A DNA stretch of 64,000 nt from Macrostomum lignano. Its lineage: Eukaryota. The notes below the pieces were generated by a model. It was not told the DNA's origin and did no database searches. It worked only from the letters and a program-made list of their open reading frames with translations. The position numbers and the translations under genes were made by a program. Shown here piece by piece: positions 48,091 through 60,380 of the stretch (position 1 is its first letter; every line of letters starts with the position of its first letter). The stretch spans positions 1 through 64,000 of the forward strand of contig NIVC01001427.1 in the NCBI GenBank assembly GCA_002269645.1. The letters run 5' to 3'.

Positions 48091-48457
48091 TAAAAAGACA
48101 GCTCACTTTTAACATTTGGCCTAGAATTAGAAAAGTTATACATTTTTGTAAATATATTTTTGCACAATTAAGATATTAGTAGTAACTATAGCTTAGAGCT
48201 GACTATGTCTATAGTGTATAGACAATAGTATATAAAAACAAATAGTAAAACTAAGTTAAACTCATTTACTAATGGTTAGAATATATCTATTACTTTTATT
48301 TTCTCTTAGTTTAATATGATAAAATCTCATCTTATAACTATGACAAATACTTTTTATCCTAGAAACTTTGCCTAACTTACCTTTTCTAACCTGGCAAAGT
48401 TTCGTTTTTTTACAAAAAAAACTAGAATTTAATTTGAAACTCAATGAGTGATGTACC

Positions 48458-49122
48458 CCATACTCAGGAAGGTGGCCTGCATGCGGGAATTTTCCCGCAT
48501 GCACAAGCCACGCTAAAATATTGGCATGCAAAGTTGGCGTGCAAATAGGGGTCTCAAGCCACGCCTAAATTTTCAGCGTACAGGTTTTTTACTTGGCGTG
48601 TAACCTTGGCGTGCAATTATAAACTGACAGTATATCAACAAGTCAGATATAGATGTATACACTATATGTATACAATATATAAAGTTAAACATGAACAATT
48701 GAATTTGAATACACAGTTGATTAAACCAACTAGTTGAGGCTACAGCCTAGCCTACAGCCAGGCCTACACTCTACAGCCTACATTAAAATTAAAATATCCA
48801 ACAACTTTTAAACGCTCTTATTTTGTGACTCTTGTAGACTTTTAGTTTATTTGTTTCTTGAAATTTGAAGAAAAAGTTTTTGATACTCACTATGTTCTTT
48901 GTAGCAAATTTCCTTTTTTTATATAAACTTTGTTTAACGTAAGTAGAAAATTTATTCAAAAATAGTATCTAATATGGTTAATATTCAAATCACACGTAGG
49001 CCTACATTAGGCGTACATGATTTTTGGTATTCAAGATTTTTGGCGTGCAACAAAAACGTCATGTTAAGGGTTTTAAAAAATTGGCGTACATTCGCGTGCA
49101 CTTGCCACATTCCTGACTATGG
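48458..49122. mobile_element. 665-bp non-autonomous TIR element with 8-bp TSD
   Basis: TIR CCATACTCAGGAAGGTGGC pairs with GCCACATTCCTGACTATGG. Direct flanks GATGTACC at 48450-48457 and 49123-49130. Subterminal TTGGCGT(G/A)CA motifs are repeated inside both ends. Confidence 0.78.
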
Positions 49123-50794
49123 GATGTACCTATCTATCCTTAGCTTTAGGAATAAGTAAGATAAGAATATCATATTTTTTTATAAATGGCATTGATTGCA
49201 TTGCTAGATCCATAGCCATTAAAAATGGTTTTGTATCCTATATAGGCCTACTAAAAATGAAAATCTTGCTTTCTTGCTTGTGCGCAATAGTGAAACTAGC
49301 CATTGTCAATATTGACAAATGGCTTGTATTAAATATTATATATTTTTGTAAAGTACTAAAAAGTTAAATTTGATTATTTCTAAATTTAGGAATGTTAATT
49401 ACATGCAAGCATACTAATTGATCTATCAAGGATATTATCTATATATAGATCTCTTTCCATTATAGTTTTGGTATTTTGTTATTATATATTATGCTAATTG
49501 ATAGAAATCTTACAATAGCTTAATATTACTAACAAATTCACATAATGTTTAGTACGTCTTAAATAAGGCCTAAATAAGGTCTATTTTTCTAGTTTAAAGC
49601 TTTGTAATATAATATAAAATGGCTTTTTTGTATATTTCAGCTAATTTATATATTATATAGGATATATACAAGAACAAAAAAGCAATAGTTTACTGACCTT
49701 ATTCTAAGAAGCTGTATAAAAAATATGATTATATTTACAATAGACCTAGATATTTTGTGTCTTTAGGGTAAAATTAAATTGAAAATGCATAAAAAATATG
49801 TAATATAAAGTTGTAAAACTATTGTTAAAGTTATTGTTTTTGTTACTATTTATGATATAATGCTATCAAAATCAATGTTTGTAAAAATAGTGTTTTATTG
49901 GCAAGATAAAGTTATTTATAACTTTGAACAATAAAGTTCAAAATGAATAGATGTTTTACAATTTTCTTTAAAGACAAAGACAATAATAAATATTGTGTAC
50001 AAAAAGCATAAAATAATCTAATTAATAATATTAAAAAGTTGAAATATGTCAATGATTTGTCCTTATCTTTTAGTTTCAACCTTTTAACATTATTATCTAG
50101 TCTTATCTAGTCTATCTAGCATTTATTTTGAGTATTTTTAAACCAAAATTATTCTATATCTATATCTGTAGCTAATAAATTCCCCTTAACTTCCCATAAA
50201 TTTTGATGCAGTTAAATCCAATGGCAACAGTTCCACCATTCACTGTAATATAGTAATAAAGTAAATAAATATAATCAAACCCATCACTCAATAGCAGACA
50301 TTCATCTTAACTTTAGCCTCCATTATCCCAACCACAACTTGCATGTGGCATTGGAAATCTCTGAGGTCCCTCACCTCATAGACTTGAGAGTTGGAGATGT
50401 CCTGGGCCTCTTGCATTGAAAAAACATTCATCTTAACTTTAGCCTCACTATATCCCAACCCCAGAGACTTGAGAGTTCCCCTCACGAAAGCTTAAGGTCG
50501 CAGTTATGAAGTGGCCAGTATTCTAGATGTAGGAAATGTGTTCACATAACCATATTTATATCCATATGTTCTGTTTAATACCCTCCATATCTGCATCTTC
50601 TGTAGCTACAGTGGAACTGTGTATCTAATCATGCTATATTTAAAGCCAGTCAGTTTTTTTTACTTGCAGTGCCAATAGCAATAAGATTGAACAATGCTAT
50701 GGCGTGGCTGAGTTCATATGGGCTGCAAAAACCATATGATTTCTCACAGCTCACCCTTTTCGCATTGCAGCAACGGTAGCTAGCCAGCCTGCCA

Positions 50795-51151
50795 ATGTCT
50801 CTTAGCGTTCGTACCTTGAAGGTGTTTTCCAACCGCCTGCTTTATCGAAAGCAGATGATCGTTAGCGTCACCCACGGCGGCTCCGGCAAAAACGTCAGCA
50901 AGAGTGACGTCAAGACTAAGCTGGCTGAGAAGTTCCGCACCACGCCGGATCTCGTGGTCTGCTACGGCTTCAGGACCAGCCTTGGCGGCGGCCAGTCCCG
51001 CGGATACGCGCTGGTGTACGACAGCCCCGACTACATGAAAAAGTTCCACCTGGTCAAGCGAGTCCGCGACGCGAGCCGGAAGCAGCGCAAGGAGCGCAAG
51101 AACAAGAAGAAGAGGCAGGGTCATAAGAAGGAGAAGAAGAAGGCCAAGTAG
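50795..51151 (+). CDS. RPS24: 40S ribosomal protein S24 (eS24) paralog, intronless and divergent
   Basis: NRLLYRKQM, TTPD..GFRT..GGG, YDS.DY.KK and SRKQRKERKN motifs; intact 118-aa ORF; AATAAA about 90 nt downstream. Confidence 0.9.
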   Translation: MSLSVRTLKVFSNRLLYRKQMIVSVTHGGSGKNVSKSDVKTKLAEKFRTTPDLVVCYGFRTSLGGGQSRGYALVYDSPDYMKKFHLVKRVRDASRKQRKERKNKKKRQGHKKEKKKAK

Positions 51152-53652
51152 GAAGTCATGAGAAGTTGAAGTCGTAAGGGCGAAGTTGTGTGCAGACTTT
51201 CTGGATTTAAAAATGTCTGCTTTTGCTCGCATTGCAGGCAAGAAATAAATATTGCTCCATGTGAGAGCCGTGAATTGACTAGCTACTTACAGTCGATTGC
51301 TACAGAGGATCGCGCGTCTTGTGGATTGAAATGCTTGCTACTTTATTTTGAAGGCTTCGTTTCTTTACTTGGAAATTTTTTTTCAGTTCAAGGCGTCAGT
51401 TAAGATTAGAACTGAAAAATTATTGTCTGTAATGTAGGTCTGTAATGTGCACTATGGACGTCGTAGTCCACTTCGAACAACACGGACAAAACTGGAGCTA
51501 CTGCTTAGTACAGGAGAGATGCGGGAATAGCCAGAGCCAGAATAGCAATCCATTCTATTCATTCATCCATGATTAGGGCCCACTCTGCTTTCTATGGGCA
51601 AAGTTGCTTGGGAATAATCTTGCAGTTTTGAGCTGCATAGCATTCCTGGTTAAAGTTGCAATTTCTGACTGATGTGGCCACAGAATATTCAGTGAAGTGG
51701 CTCAAATTTTTTCCGACTGAGACTATGGATGGTCCGAAAATGTTGTCGAGTTTTTGGGAGGAGAAAGTTAACAAAACTGTTGCATCGCTGCGAGAAGGGC
51801 ATCCAGATGAATGGCAGCTTTGTAGAGCTCGCTGAAATTGCTGAAGAAATGAAAAATTGTGCCGGATTTTTGACTTGATGAACACGGGCAAACTTGGTTA
51901 CTTTTGCCATAGACAAAAATCGTAATCTTCAATCTCGAGGCATGGACTTTCATTTACGATTACACAGTTGCGTGCAGCTATATAAGGCTTAAAGTATAAA
52001 GCTATTAGTTGTTAATATGTGTAAAATTGTTGGGTGAAAATTTCAGGTTCATACGTTTATCTAATCAAAAGTTATAACAAAATTCTCGTTACTTTTGAAA
52101 CACCACTCGTAAAATTGTACGTAGAATAAAAAATATAGAATCCTAATTTTCTAAACGAAAAACTTTAATGAATGGTCAAATCGCGTAGAGCTAGCCGGTA
52201 TAAGACATCAAAAGATGAACCTGGGTCTGATTCCTATCGAAAGCAATAACAATTGTTCTGAAAAAATGAAAACTTCCTATCTCCGTAGTGTATTTTCTCC
52301 GGAAAAAACATGCCTCCTAAATTTTTTACATTCTTCTACTCGAGTAGTCCTTGCTACCTACTAGCAGTAGACGCTATGGGCAGTTCTAATTGACAAAATG
52401 AGAACTAAGGCTTGGAGTATGGAGGCAATCCTTGGTGAGCAGTAGGACGTACCTGTCTGTTAACATTTTCGATTAATTTAGTGGCACCTTTGCTCCTGTA
52501 TTGCCAGTAATAATTGCGACTAATAGGCACTGGAAGCTTTCAGCAACTCTGCAATTTGGCTGATAAAACTGGAGATGCGCCAAAATCTTGTGCTGCTTGA
52601 AGAGTTCTGGAGGCCAGATCGCTTCGCTTGATTGTCTGTTAGACCAGCTCTTGGACCACTTTGTCCCAGCTGAAGAGAAGAGAATTGCTTTCTAACTGTC
52701 TCACTGTCTTATGCCTTCATGTAGTCAAGGGTCCTGCGCTATAACTAATTAATTGTCTGTGTAGCCACGCGTTCGGGTGGCCTACTCGAACTCTTAAGGT
52801 ATCTGCAGCGTCTGCCGTGAGAGCGAGTCGTCTCGAGCGCTGCTCAGAACCCACCTGACAGGTCTTGTTTCGCCATTGTTCAGCCCTCTGTAGCTCGGCT
52901 TGTCTGCTGAAAGAAACAAATTACTTTTATACATCTTCGCCCGGCCCCGTCTCGAAGCAGGCAGATGCAGCATCGCAGCAGCACTTCACTGCCGCACTCA
53001 TTATTGTCATTTTGACATATACGCATGCCAGCTGGGGTATTTCAATTTCTATCTCAGAATTGAGTTACAGTAAATATACTGAGCGAGGTTGAGCTAGCTG
53101 CTCACTGTAACAGATACGGGTGAGAGCCGTACTCTGGCAGACTATATATTTCCCTTTGCCTGGCAGCGAAGCACCTACATTACAATCGACGTGACAAGAG
53201 ACCTCGCTCGGTTTGTCATCGAGGACTGCAGGGTAAGAGAGCTTGCATGCTGTTTAGTTTATCCTGTGTTGATGTACAAAAATCCTCCGAGGGTTTCATT
53301 GAGATGCAAACCCAATAGGAGCTGTGCGAAGCCAGGCTGAAATTTCCGGAAGAATCAGTGTCTGGCATGAAATGCGCGTACGAGACACCTACATGTAGTC
53401 TCCGTCTGTATCTCGTACAGGGGTCGATAAATGCGCTGTAAATAAGAATGAAATTTTTAGTCCTAAAATATGGAAGAAAAGCTTCTGCATAAGCACTACA
53501 GCACCGTTGACTTCTGTGCATCGGAAAACAAAAAAGCTTCTACTTTGTCCGTTGTACGTCGGACTGAATATTCATTCATCTTCTTCATCGAGCAACATTT
53601 CTTCAGTCTTAGCAGACCACGCACCCTGCATGCAACTCCCCATAGCACCGCC

Positions 53653-55294
53653 ATGCCGTTGCGCCAGTTCAGCGCCGACGAAGTCGACGACTTCTACCTG
53701 GCCGCTGGGCGCGGTGACATCGACGCGATGCTTCGCCAGCTGGACGCCGGCCTGGACGTCGACAGCGCTACGAGTCGGGAATTTCATCGCACCGCCTTGA
53801 TGGCGGCCGCCATGACCGATCAGGCTGAGGCCGCCCGGCTACTCATGTCGCGGGGCGCAGCGCTGGACGTGCGCGACCGCGAGCTTGGCTGCACAGCGGC
53901 TCTGCTGGCGGCCCAACAGCAAAGCCGCGGCGTCCTCCGCTTGCTCACCGAGGCCGGAGCCCGACTCAACGCCTTCAATTCGGCGGGCTACTCGGCCTTG
54001 TTCTGGTGCATCGAGAACAACGACGAAGCTTCAGTGGCTCTTCTGCTAGAGGCCGGCGCCGATCCGAGCCGTCGAAACCCGAACGGTCTGGCGCCGCTGC
54101 ACCTGTGCGCCGCCTTTGACCGAGTGGACATTGCCCATCGCCTGCTGGAGGCCGGAGCCGAGCCAGATCCGGTAAGCTGCGAGTTGCACGGAAGACACAC
54201 GCCGCTGACGCTGGCGGTCTCAGCTGGCGGCCGGCCGCAGATGCTGGAGATGCTGGCATCCAGCGGTGCTGACCTGGAACACGCGTCCGAGGAGGGCACT
54301 GCGATGGCCCTGGCCAGGGGCCGCCCAAAGCTGCTCACCTGTCTCGAGTCGCTGATGCGAAGGTTTGAAGAAAATCTAGCTGAATTAGGCAGCTTTTTCG
54401 CTGGGTCTGGTTTTCCAAAATGTGAACATTTGGAATCGTGATTTCTCAAACTTACCTTTTAGTCGTCGAGCGTCCGAAAGGAGACGCTCCAGCACTGTAA
54501 ATGCAGCCGCGGTAGCCAAGCAGGCATCAGCGGCGCGTCGACAGACAGCCCGGCGCGCTGCAGCGACAACGTCCCGCAGGCCGCGCTCTGCGCTACCCTC
54601 CGGAATTTACCCGTGTGCGGCGCGGCCCCGCGGCACTTGCCTGCTGGCCGGGTGCGCTCGGTTCGCGCACGAGTTCGATTTTCCCGCCATGCCGGGAAGC
54701 GAGGAGCGGCTCGCGCTGCTCACGGACACGTTTAGCGACCTTGGCCTGCTCATCAGGCCCGCAGTTGGGCTCGCCGGCGGCGACCTGCTCGCGAGAGCGC
54801 AGCGCCTTGCTGCCGCGGACCACTCGGCTGCCGACTTGCTTGTCTGCGCCTTTGTCGGCTACGGCCTCAGCGGCGGCATGGTTGGTTTCGACGGTAGGCC
54901 GACCGACATCGGCCAGCTGGTCGACTGCTTCTCGCCAGCTGAATGTCCAAGCCTGGCCGGCAAGCCGAAGCTCTTTCTCTTCCTGCTGTCTGCGGCCCCG
55001 CGCGCTCGCGGCCCAGGCCCGACCTTTCCGGAGCCCAGCCAGGCCGACTGCTTGCTGGCTTACGCCTGCGTTGCTGACGCCAGCAGCTGCGGCCGCCTCA
55101 CCGACTTTCTGCACCGAATGCGGCGGGCCTTGGACACCGAGGCCGAGCACGTCGATTTCGGCCGGCTGTTCCTTGGCGCCAGCGAGCGGCTTCTTGCCGC
55201 GTCTGCCTCGACGGATGAGAAGAGCGGCTTCTCCCAGCCGGCGCTGCTGACGGAGGTGCGGCACAGCCTGGACAGACAGCTGCTCTTCCGTTAG
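53653..55294 (+). CDS. Ankyrin-repeat / caspase-like (C14 fold) fusion, catalytically inactive, 513 aa
   Basis: Kozak-like CCGCCATG at 53653. Exons 53653-54362 and 54463-55294 are joined by a 100-nt phase-2 GT-AG intron (1542 nt in frame). About 6 ankyrin repeats (TALMAAA, SALFWC, PLHLCA, TPLTLAV). Caspase p20-like landmarks PRGTCLL, DHSAAD, CPSLAGKPKLF. Confidence 0.87.
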
Positions 55295-55619
55295 CTGTAG
55301 CGGTGCCGGATGTTTACTAAAAATAGAATGAGCTACTAAATATCACAAGTGGCCTGACTGGACCTACTCTATATGTCTAGATTCTATAAATTTCCCCAAA
55401 AAGAACACCGTTTTGTGTTTAAAGTCTCAACTAAAATTTAAAATCAAAATGCTTTGTCTTTCCGCATGAGGTTTTTTTCACGAGAGTTTTTCCCGCCGAG
55501 GTTTTCCCGCAGGGTTTCCCCAGTCGGAATTTCAAGTCAAATATAGTCTATAGACATTGCTAGACTAGATTAGATTTCAAATCGAAAACTTCCTGCGGGA
55601 AATTCTCATAGACCGAGTA

Positions 55620-55783
55620 AGCCTAGTGGTTAGAGTGGCGGACTCACGACTAAAAGGTCCTGGGTTCGATTCTCTCGACCCAATCGGAACAATTTGTCCT
55701 TGGGCAAGACACCCAACTCTACATTGCTTTAGTTCACCCAGCTATAAAATTGGTACCAGCATTAGCTTGGGGTATTGGGGGTA
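55620..55783 (+). mobile_element. tRNA-derived CORE-like SINE, copy 3 (3'-truncated)
   Basis: AGCCTAGTGGTTAGAG...GGGTTCGATTCT...GTCCTTGGGCAAGACAC...CACCCAGCTATAAAATTGGTACC. Confidence 0.82.
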
Positions 55784-57007
55784 AAATCAGAGACTAAAAT
55801 ACCTATATTTTGTAAATGGGATCTCCAACTATGGGGATCTATTCGTAGAATGACTGATCCCTGCATCTAAAACTATCGACTGTAATTTCGAAATTACGCC
55901 ATTTCGTTATTTGACGTTCTGAAATCAATCAGTTTTTCATTTTTGTTCATCGAATTTCTCAAGGACATCTATATTAGCTAGACTAGATTAGTTGATTTCC
56001 GAAGTGACTCCTGTGGTCCTTGAATCATCTGTCTTCTCTTTCTTGGATGTGTTTTATCGTATCTCACCTGCCTCAGGTATGACTTTAGCATGACTTCCCA
56101 CAGCATCTTTCTTTTTGGGGCTCTGTCTGAGGGAGAAGTCTCGCTGGTCACTTCAGGAACCGACTACAATCGATTAAGTACAATACATGCAGGGACTCCA
56201 CTCAATAGCTTGAGTTAACACTTCCTCTTGCGCTTGTAAAGCGCCTCCCATCGAAAATGACCAAGTGAAGCTACTTACTGCATCAAATTAAGTAGTATAT
56301 GCAGTACATACAGCATTGTTAGACATTGTTACGGTACATGTGTGGTTCTGAAAACAGACAATAATTTCGACTCATGCCACAAAAGTGTCCAAGAAGCAAT
56401 TACGTACGTCCGTGCCACGCGTCACGACTATAGATTATTTATTTATTGATCCGCTGCGCAGAAACTGTGTCTCAGTCTTGGCTTTATTGAATTTCGTTGT
56501 TTCGTTTCGTACGACTGGCAGTGTACGAACGTACGTATTGAACTCAAAACAAGCCAGAATGGAAGGTAAATGAGAAACAGGAGTGACGCGTAAAGGGGGC
56601 AGGTGCGAAGGGAAATTCTGAGTAATAGTGACACAATAGAAAGCATTTACCCTGCTAACTAAAACCCCTTTGTCAAGCAGACGGATTAACCCAAACAGTT
56701 AAGTCCCGCCCACCGAAGCAGAAGCACATCGCGAAGGAGAGATGACGTAGAGGCGACCCCACACCGTTTGTTTGACACCATCTGATCCTAAGAGTAGTGC
56801 ACATGAAAATACAAAAAATTACCGGAGCAAAAATTTTTTTCGGCTAAACGCCGTTTCAATATGCCGCTTTCATTTTCGGATTATGCAGGTAAATTGTACA
56901 TTGCTGTGATAATCGAAAACCTGATCATTGAACAATTTTTGGTATTCACCGTTATAGAGAGTCCGTCTTGGCTCGTTGTCTCGTTTGATGGCGGTGTGAA
57001 CGAGCCT

Positions 57008-59100
57008 TCAGTACACTCCAAGGCATTGTGTGTTTAGGCTTACAAAGAAAATAACAAATGGCACGACCATCATTGCGACTCCGAAGATGACAAAAACTTT
57101 GAAGAACACCCGATCAGCGGAAGATCCAACAGTCTTCCATTCGTTTCCCCCAAAACTGACGTTGGAAGCCTGCGACACCGATACTTCGCCATCCGCATCG
57201 GCTGTGGTGCGTGTGACTGTCCGCTTAGAACTTTCTCCGACAAAGAATCTGTTGAAGAAGAGTGCACGGACGACCCGACTGCTGACGCTGCTCTCTTGCC
57301 TGAAGTGACAGCTGAGAACGAATGCGTTGCAGAGCACATTTACAATTGTCATGATCACGGCCAAGCTGAAGTACCAGGCTGGAATGTGAGGTAAGTGTCA
57401 ATTTCAGATAGACTGCTCACGCAATGGAAGCAATCGAGAGACTCACTGATAAACGGCACGGACTCGCTCTGCGTGGGCGTGTAGTTGACAACCAGCTGCA
57501 GGAACACGCACATGGACAGCACGATGGTGATGCTGAAGGAGACTCGCTCGCCGCACTCGGGAGGCAGGCAAAAGGCGAGCGCGGAGAATCCAAGGAGAAG
57601 AATGCAGGGCAGCATCAGGTTTATCATGTAGAAAGTCGGAAGTCGCTGCAATTACAAATCCTGATCTACATGTAGAACTCCAAGTCTCAGAAACACTATC
57701 TCAAGAAATTTTATCAAGATCTGAACCAAAACTCACTTGAAATCCGACCCGGAGCTCGGCTGTGTCGTACAGGCCAAACGACCCGTTTTCTAACCGGACC
57801 CACAGAATGCAGAACTCGCTGCTCTTGATGACGTACCCCGACGGTGAATCATTCTCATTCAGAGACTTGATGCGGACTCGAGTCGATCCCGTGACTTGCT
57901 GCAGACTCGAGAGCCTGACGAGACAATTTTGCTCATCGAACGGAAACTGCTGCATTTGCATGCTGCACTTGGTGGACAGAATCATTCCGGTGCTCCACAG
58001 CACAATGCCTGAAGACATCACCATAAGAACTGCGTTGTCCTTCGTAGCATCCGAGAGCTCCACCCTAAAGTGAATTGTTTAAATGAAGGCACTGCGACCT
58101 AGCTTTTGGCAGTCCTTGTCATCTTTTTTTTTCATACCCAGACAGTATGCTATGTTAGAAAATCATCCTACTCTATAATTAAATTTAAGGTATATGCTTA
58201 AACGACTCACACATCGTAAAAAGAAGCGTCAGGTTGCCACAGGTACGAAGCCGGAAGGCTGATTGCGCTGATGTTGTCCAGACTGGAGTTGAACTTTCCT
58301 TTCCAGGCCAGGCGACTGTCGGTCCAGTGCTGCAATTAGATCGTATGTCAATCGTAGATTGACGTAGATTGTCCTAATGGTCAGATGTGCAACCGACAGC
58401 TCAGCCGCAGCTATTGTGCGGCGCCTCTGAAGGCTGCGTACGGCTGTTCAGTCCAAGGACTGGAGGGTCGCCACACACACCCTAAATTACCCCAACTAGT
58501 GCTGGCACCCATTTTACATCTGGATAAACTGAAACAATAGATGGAGAGTTAGGTGTCTTGCTCAAGGACACAAATTGTTCCAAGTGGATTGAGAATTGAA
58601 CCCCCGACCTTTCAGTCGTCGGTCCGACGCTGTCACCACTAGGCTAAACCTACAACCCCCTAGATCGTATAGTTTAATATAAAAGCACAACAGGCATAGT
58701 AGGGAAACTGACGTGGAAATTTCTGCGAGTTTTTACGAGTACAAACTCACCAAATTAAGCCACACCTTGAGTTGTATCTCCTGATTTGCGGAATCCTAAA
58801 ACGAATTCGGAACAACTTTCGGATTCTAGAAATGGTTGTTCAAAAACATAAAATAGACTTAAGCAGCCCTCTAAGGCGCAGCATCCAAGCACAACTCACC
58901 ACTTTAACGATGGAGTTCAGATAGATGAAGACATTGAGGGTGTTGGCGAACCCGCTGTCAGGTGGCGGTCGGATCGCTTTGTTATACTCGGTGAAGAGCT
59001 TCAGCGCTGCCGCGACGGCATCGTCAGGTGAGGCGGGCGATGCGGCCGCTGACACAGCGGCGCCAAACAAGGCCAGGTAGATGAGGCCTCGCGTTGACAT
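57008..59100 (-). CDS. Divergent Cys-loop ligand-gated cation channel subunit (nAChR-like, non-alpha), copy 1, complete, 420 aa
   Basis: Exons 59100-58900, 58795-58751, 58329-58211, 58064-57737, 57645-57447 and 57378-57008 (1263 nt, all GT-AG, phases consistent). Signal peptide, WTDSRLAW, WQPD, Cys loop CSMQMQQFPFDEQNC, M1-M4, and M2 starting PPECGERVS. Confidence 0.93.
58347..58660 (-). mobile_element. tRNA-derived CORE-like SINE, copy 4, inside intron 2 of channel copy 1
   Basis: Full-length reverse-strand copy; exact 10-bp TSD TAGATCGTAT at 58337-58346 and 58661-58670. Confidence 0.9.
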
Positions 59101-60380
59101 GCCGGATGCTTTAAGAGTCCTTCAGGCACGGAACGCAAAATGTAGTTGCAAATCTGGCTAAATGTACGATTTCTGGAAAAGCGGACTTCAATCCCTCTGC
59201 CAATTATTTTAGAGCTGGCATGTGGCATGTTTCTGTTTGCTTAGTATCAGAGGGCGCGAGCTGTCCAGGCTTTCATCCTGAGTTTGTTCTCCGCGGTGTG
59301 GCGCAGGAAAATTTCGCGAGAAAACCAGCCCGTTAGCCTTGCAAAAGCCAATTTACTCAGCGATTTCATGCGAGTCAGTTGGTTTCTCCCTGCTCTGTGT
59401 TGTCACAGCAAACTTTTCTCTTTGTAAATTTTCTGTATTGTCCAGCCAGTCCAAAGAGAACTTTGAAAGTCATTTGTTGAAGTTCAGGCACAGTCACGAA
59501 GTGGTCCTGTGGAAATATCATTATGCCTACGCCAGTGCCGCTTGCATATATACTACTTGCTAAGTAGCTTCAACTCCTTGCCTTTTATACATTCCACAGT
59601 AGTTTGGAGTTGAAAAACAACATCGGTCTCACAAGTAGGAAGCAGAAAAATAGAGAAGAGTGACGAGCAAGAGAGACAGCTGGGACCAGATTTCCAGAAA
59701 TAAAGAAAAATGAGAAGCAAACAACAAAACGCCAAGTCAAATGCCACTGATTTAGCGTTTCTTATCAAAGTGTCGCAGAGGATCAAAGATGGATTTTGGA
59801 AGAATGGCTAAAATGGGTTAAATGTTAAGACCTAAGAAATCTTCTGGGATGTGCTAGCTGCCACGGCTCGATTCCAAGTGCAGTCACATTAAGTTCACAT
59901 TATTTAGGGCCGCTGTACACTCCTGCGTGAGTGTGTGTCATGACTGCGTACGTATTCGCGCGCCTGTGTACCTGCTCAGAGGAGTCGGGGGGAACGGGCA
60001 GCAATGCCTCTCGCCGGTAGTGTGACAATGTAGCTTTAAGCGCGCCAGGATGCACACAACTCCTGCCTCTAAGTAACTAGAAATATCCTGGCATTGACTG
60101 ATGGCAATTTGTATGCTTTGTCTTGATTGACGATGCTGGATGGATGGATGAGGCTTTGGCGCTTGTTCAAACAGGGGGAAAAACAATTCCCAAACCTGTT
60201 ACTCCAAAAGATTTTCTCAGGAAGTTTGATGAGATCGAGAACTTTTGCTCAAGTGCTAAGCTTTTGAGGTGGGATATCTGGTGTCCAAGTGGGGAGTTGA
60301 AGTGGTTAGCAACTGATGAGTCTCTTTCATGCTTTATGCGAGGGCAATACCTGATTGGCCAAGGTACCAGCGTGCTAGAC

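Noticed and set aside
50297-50485. Short local duplication of ACATTCATCTTAACTTTAGCCTC and its 65-aa ORF
   Set aside because: It is a two-copy partial repeat with no coding or structural signal.
53470-53652. 5' extension of the ankyrin ORF from ATG 53470
   Set aside because: The extension is AT-rich and has no domain signal, while ATG 53653 has a strong CCGCC context at the start of the GC-rich coding sequence.
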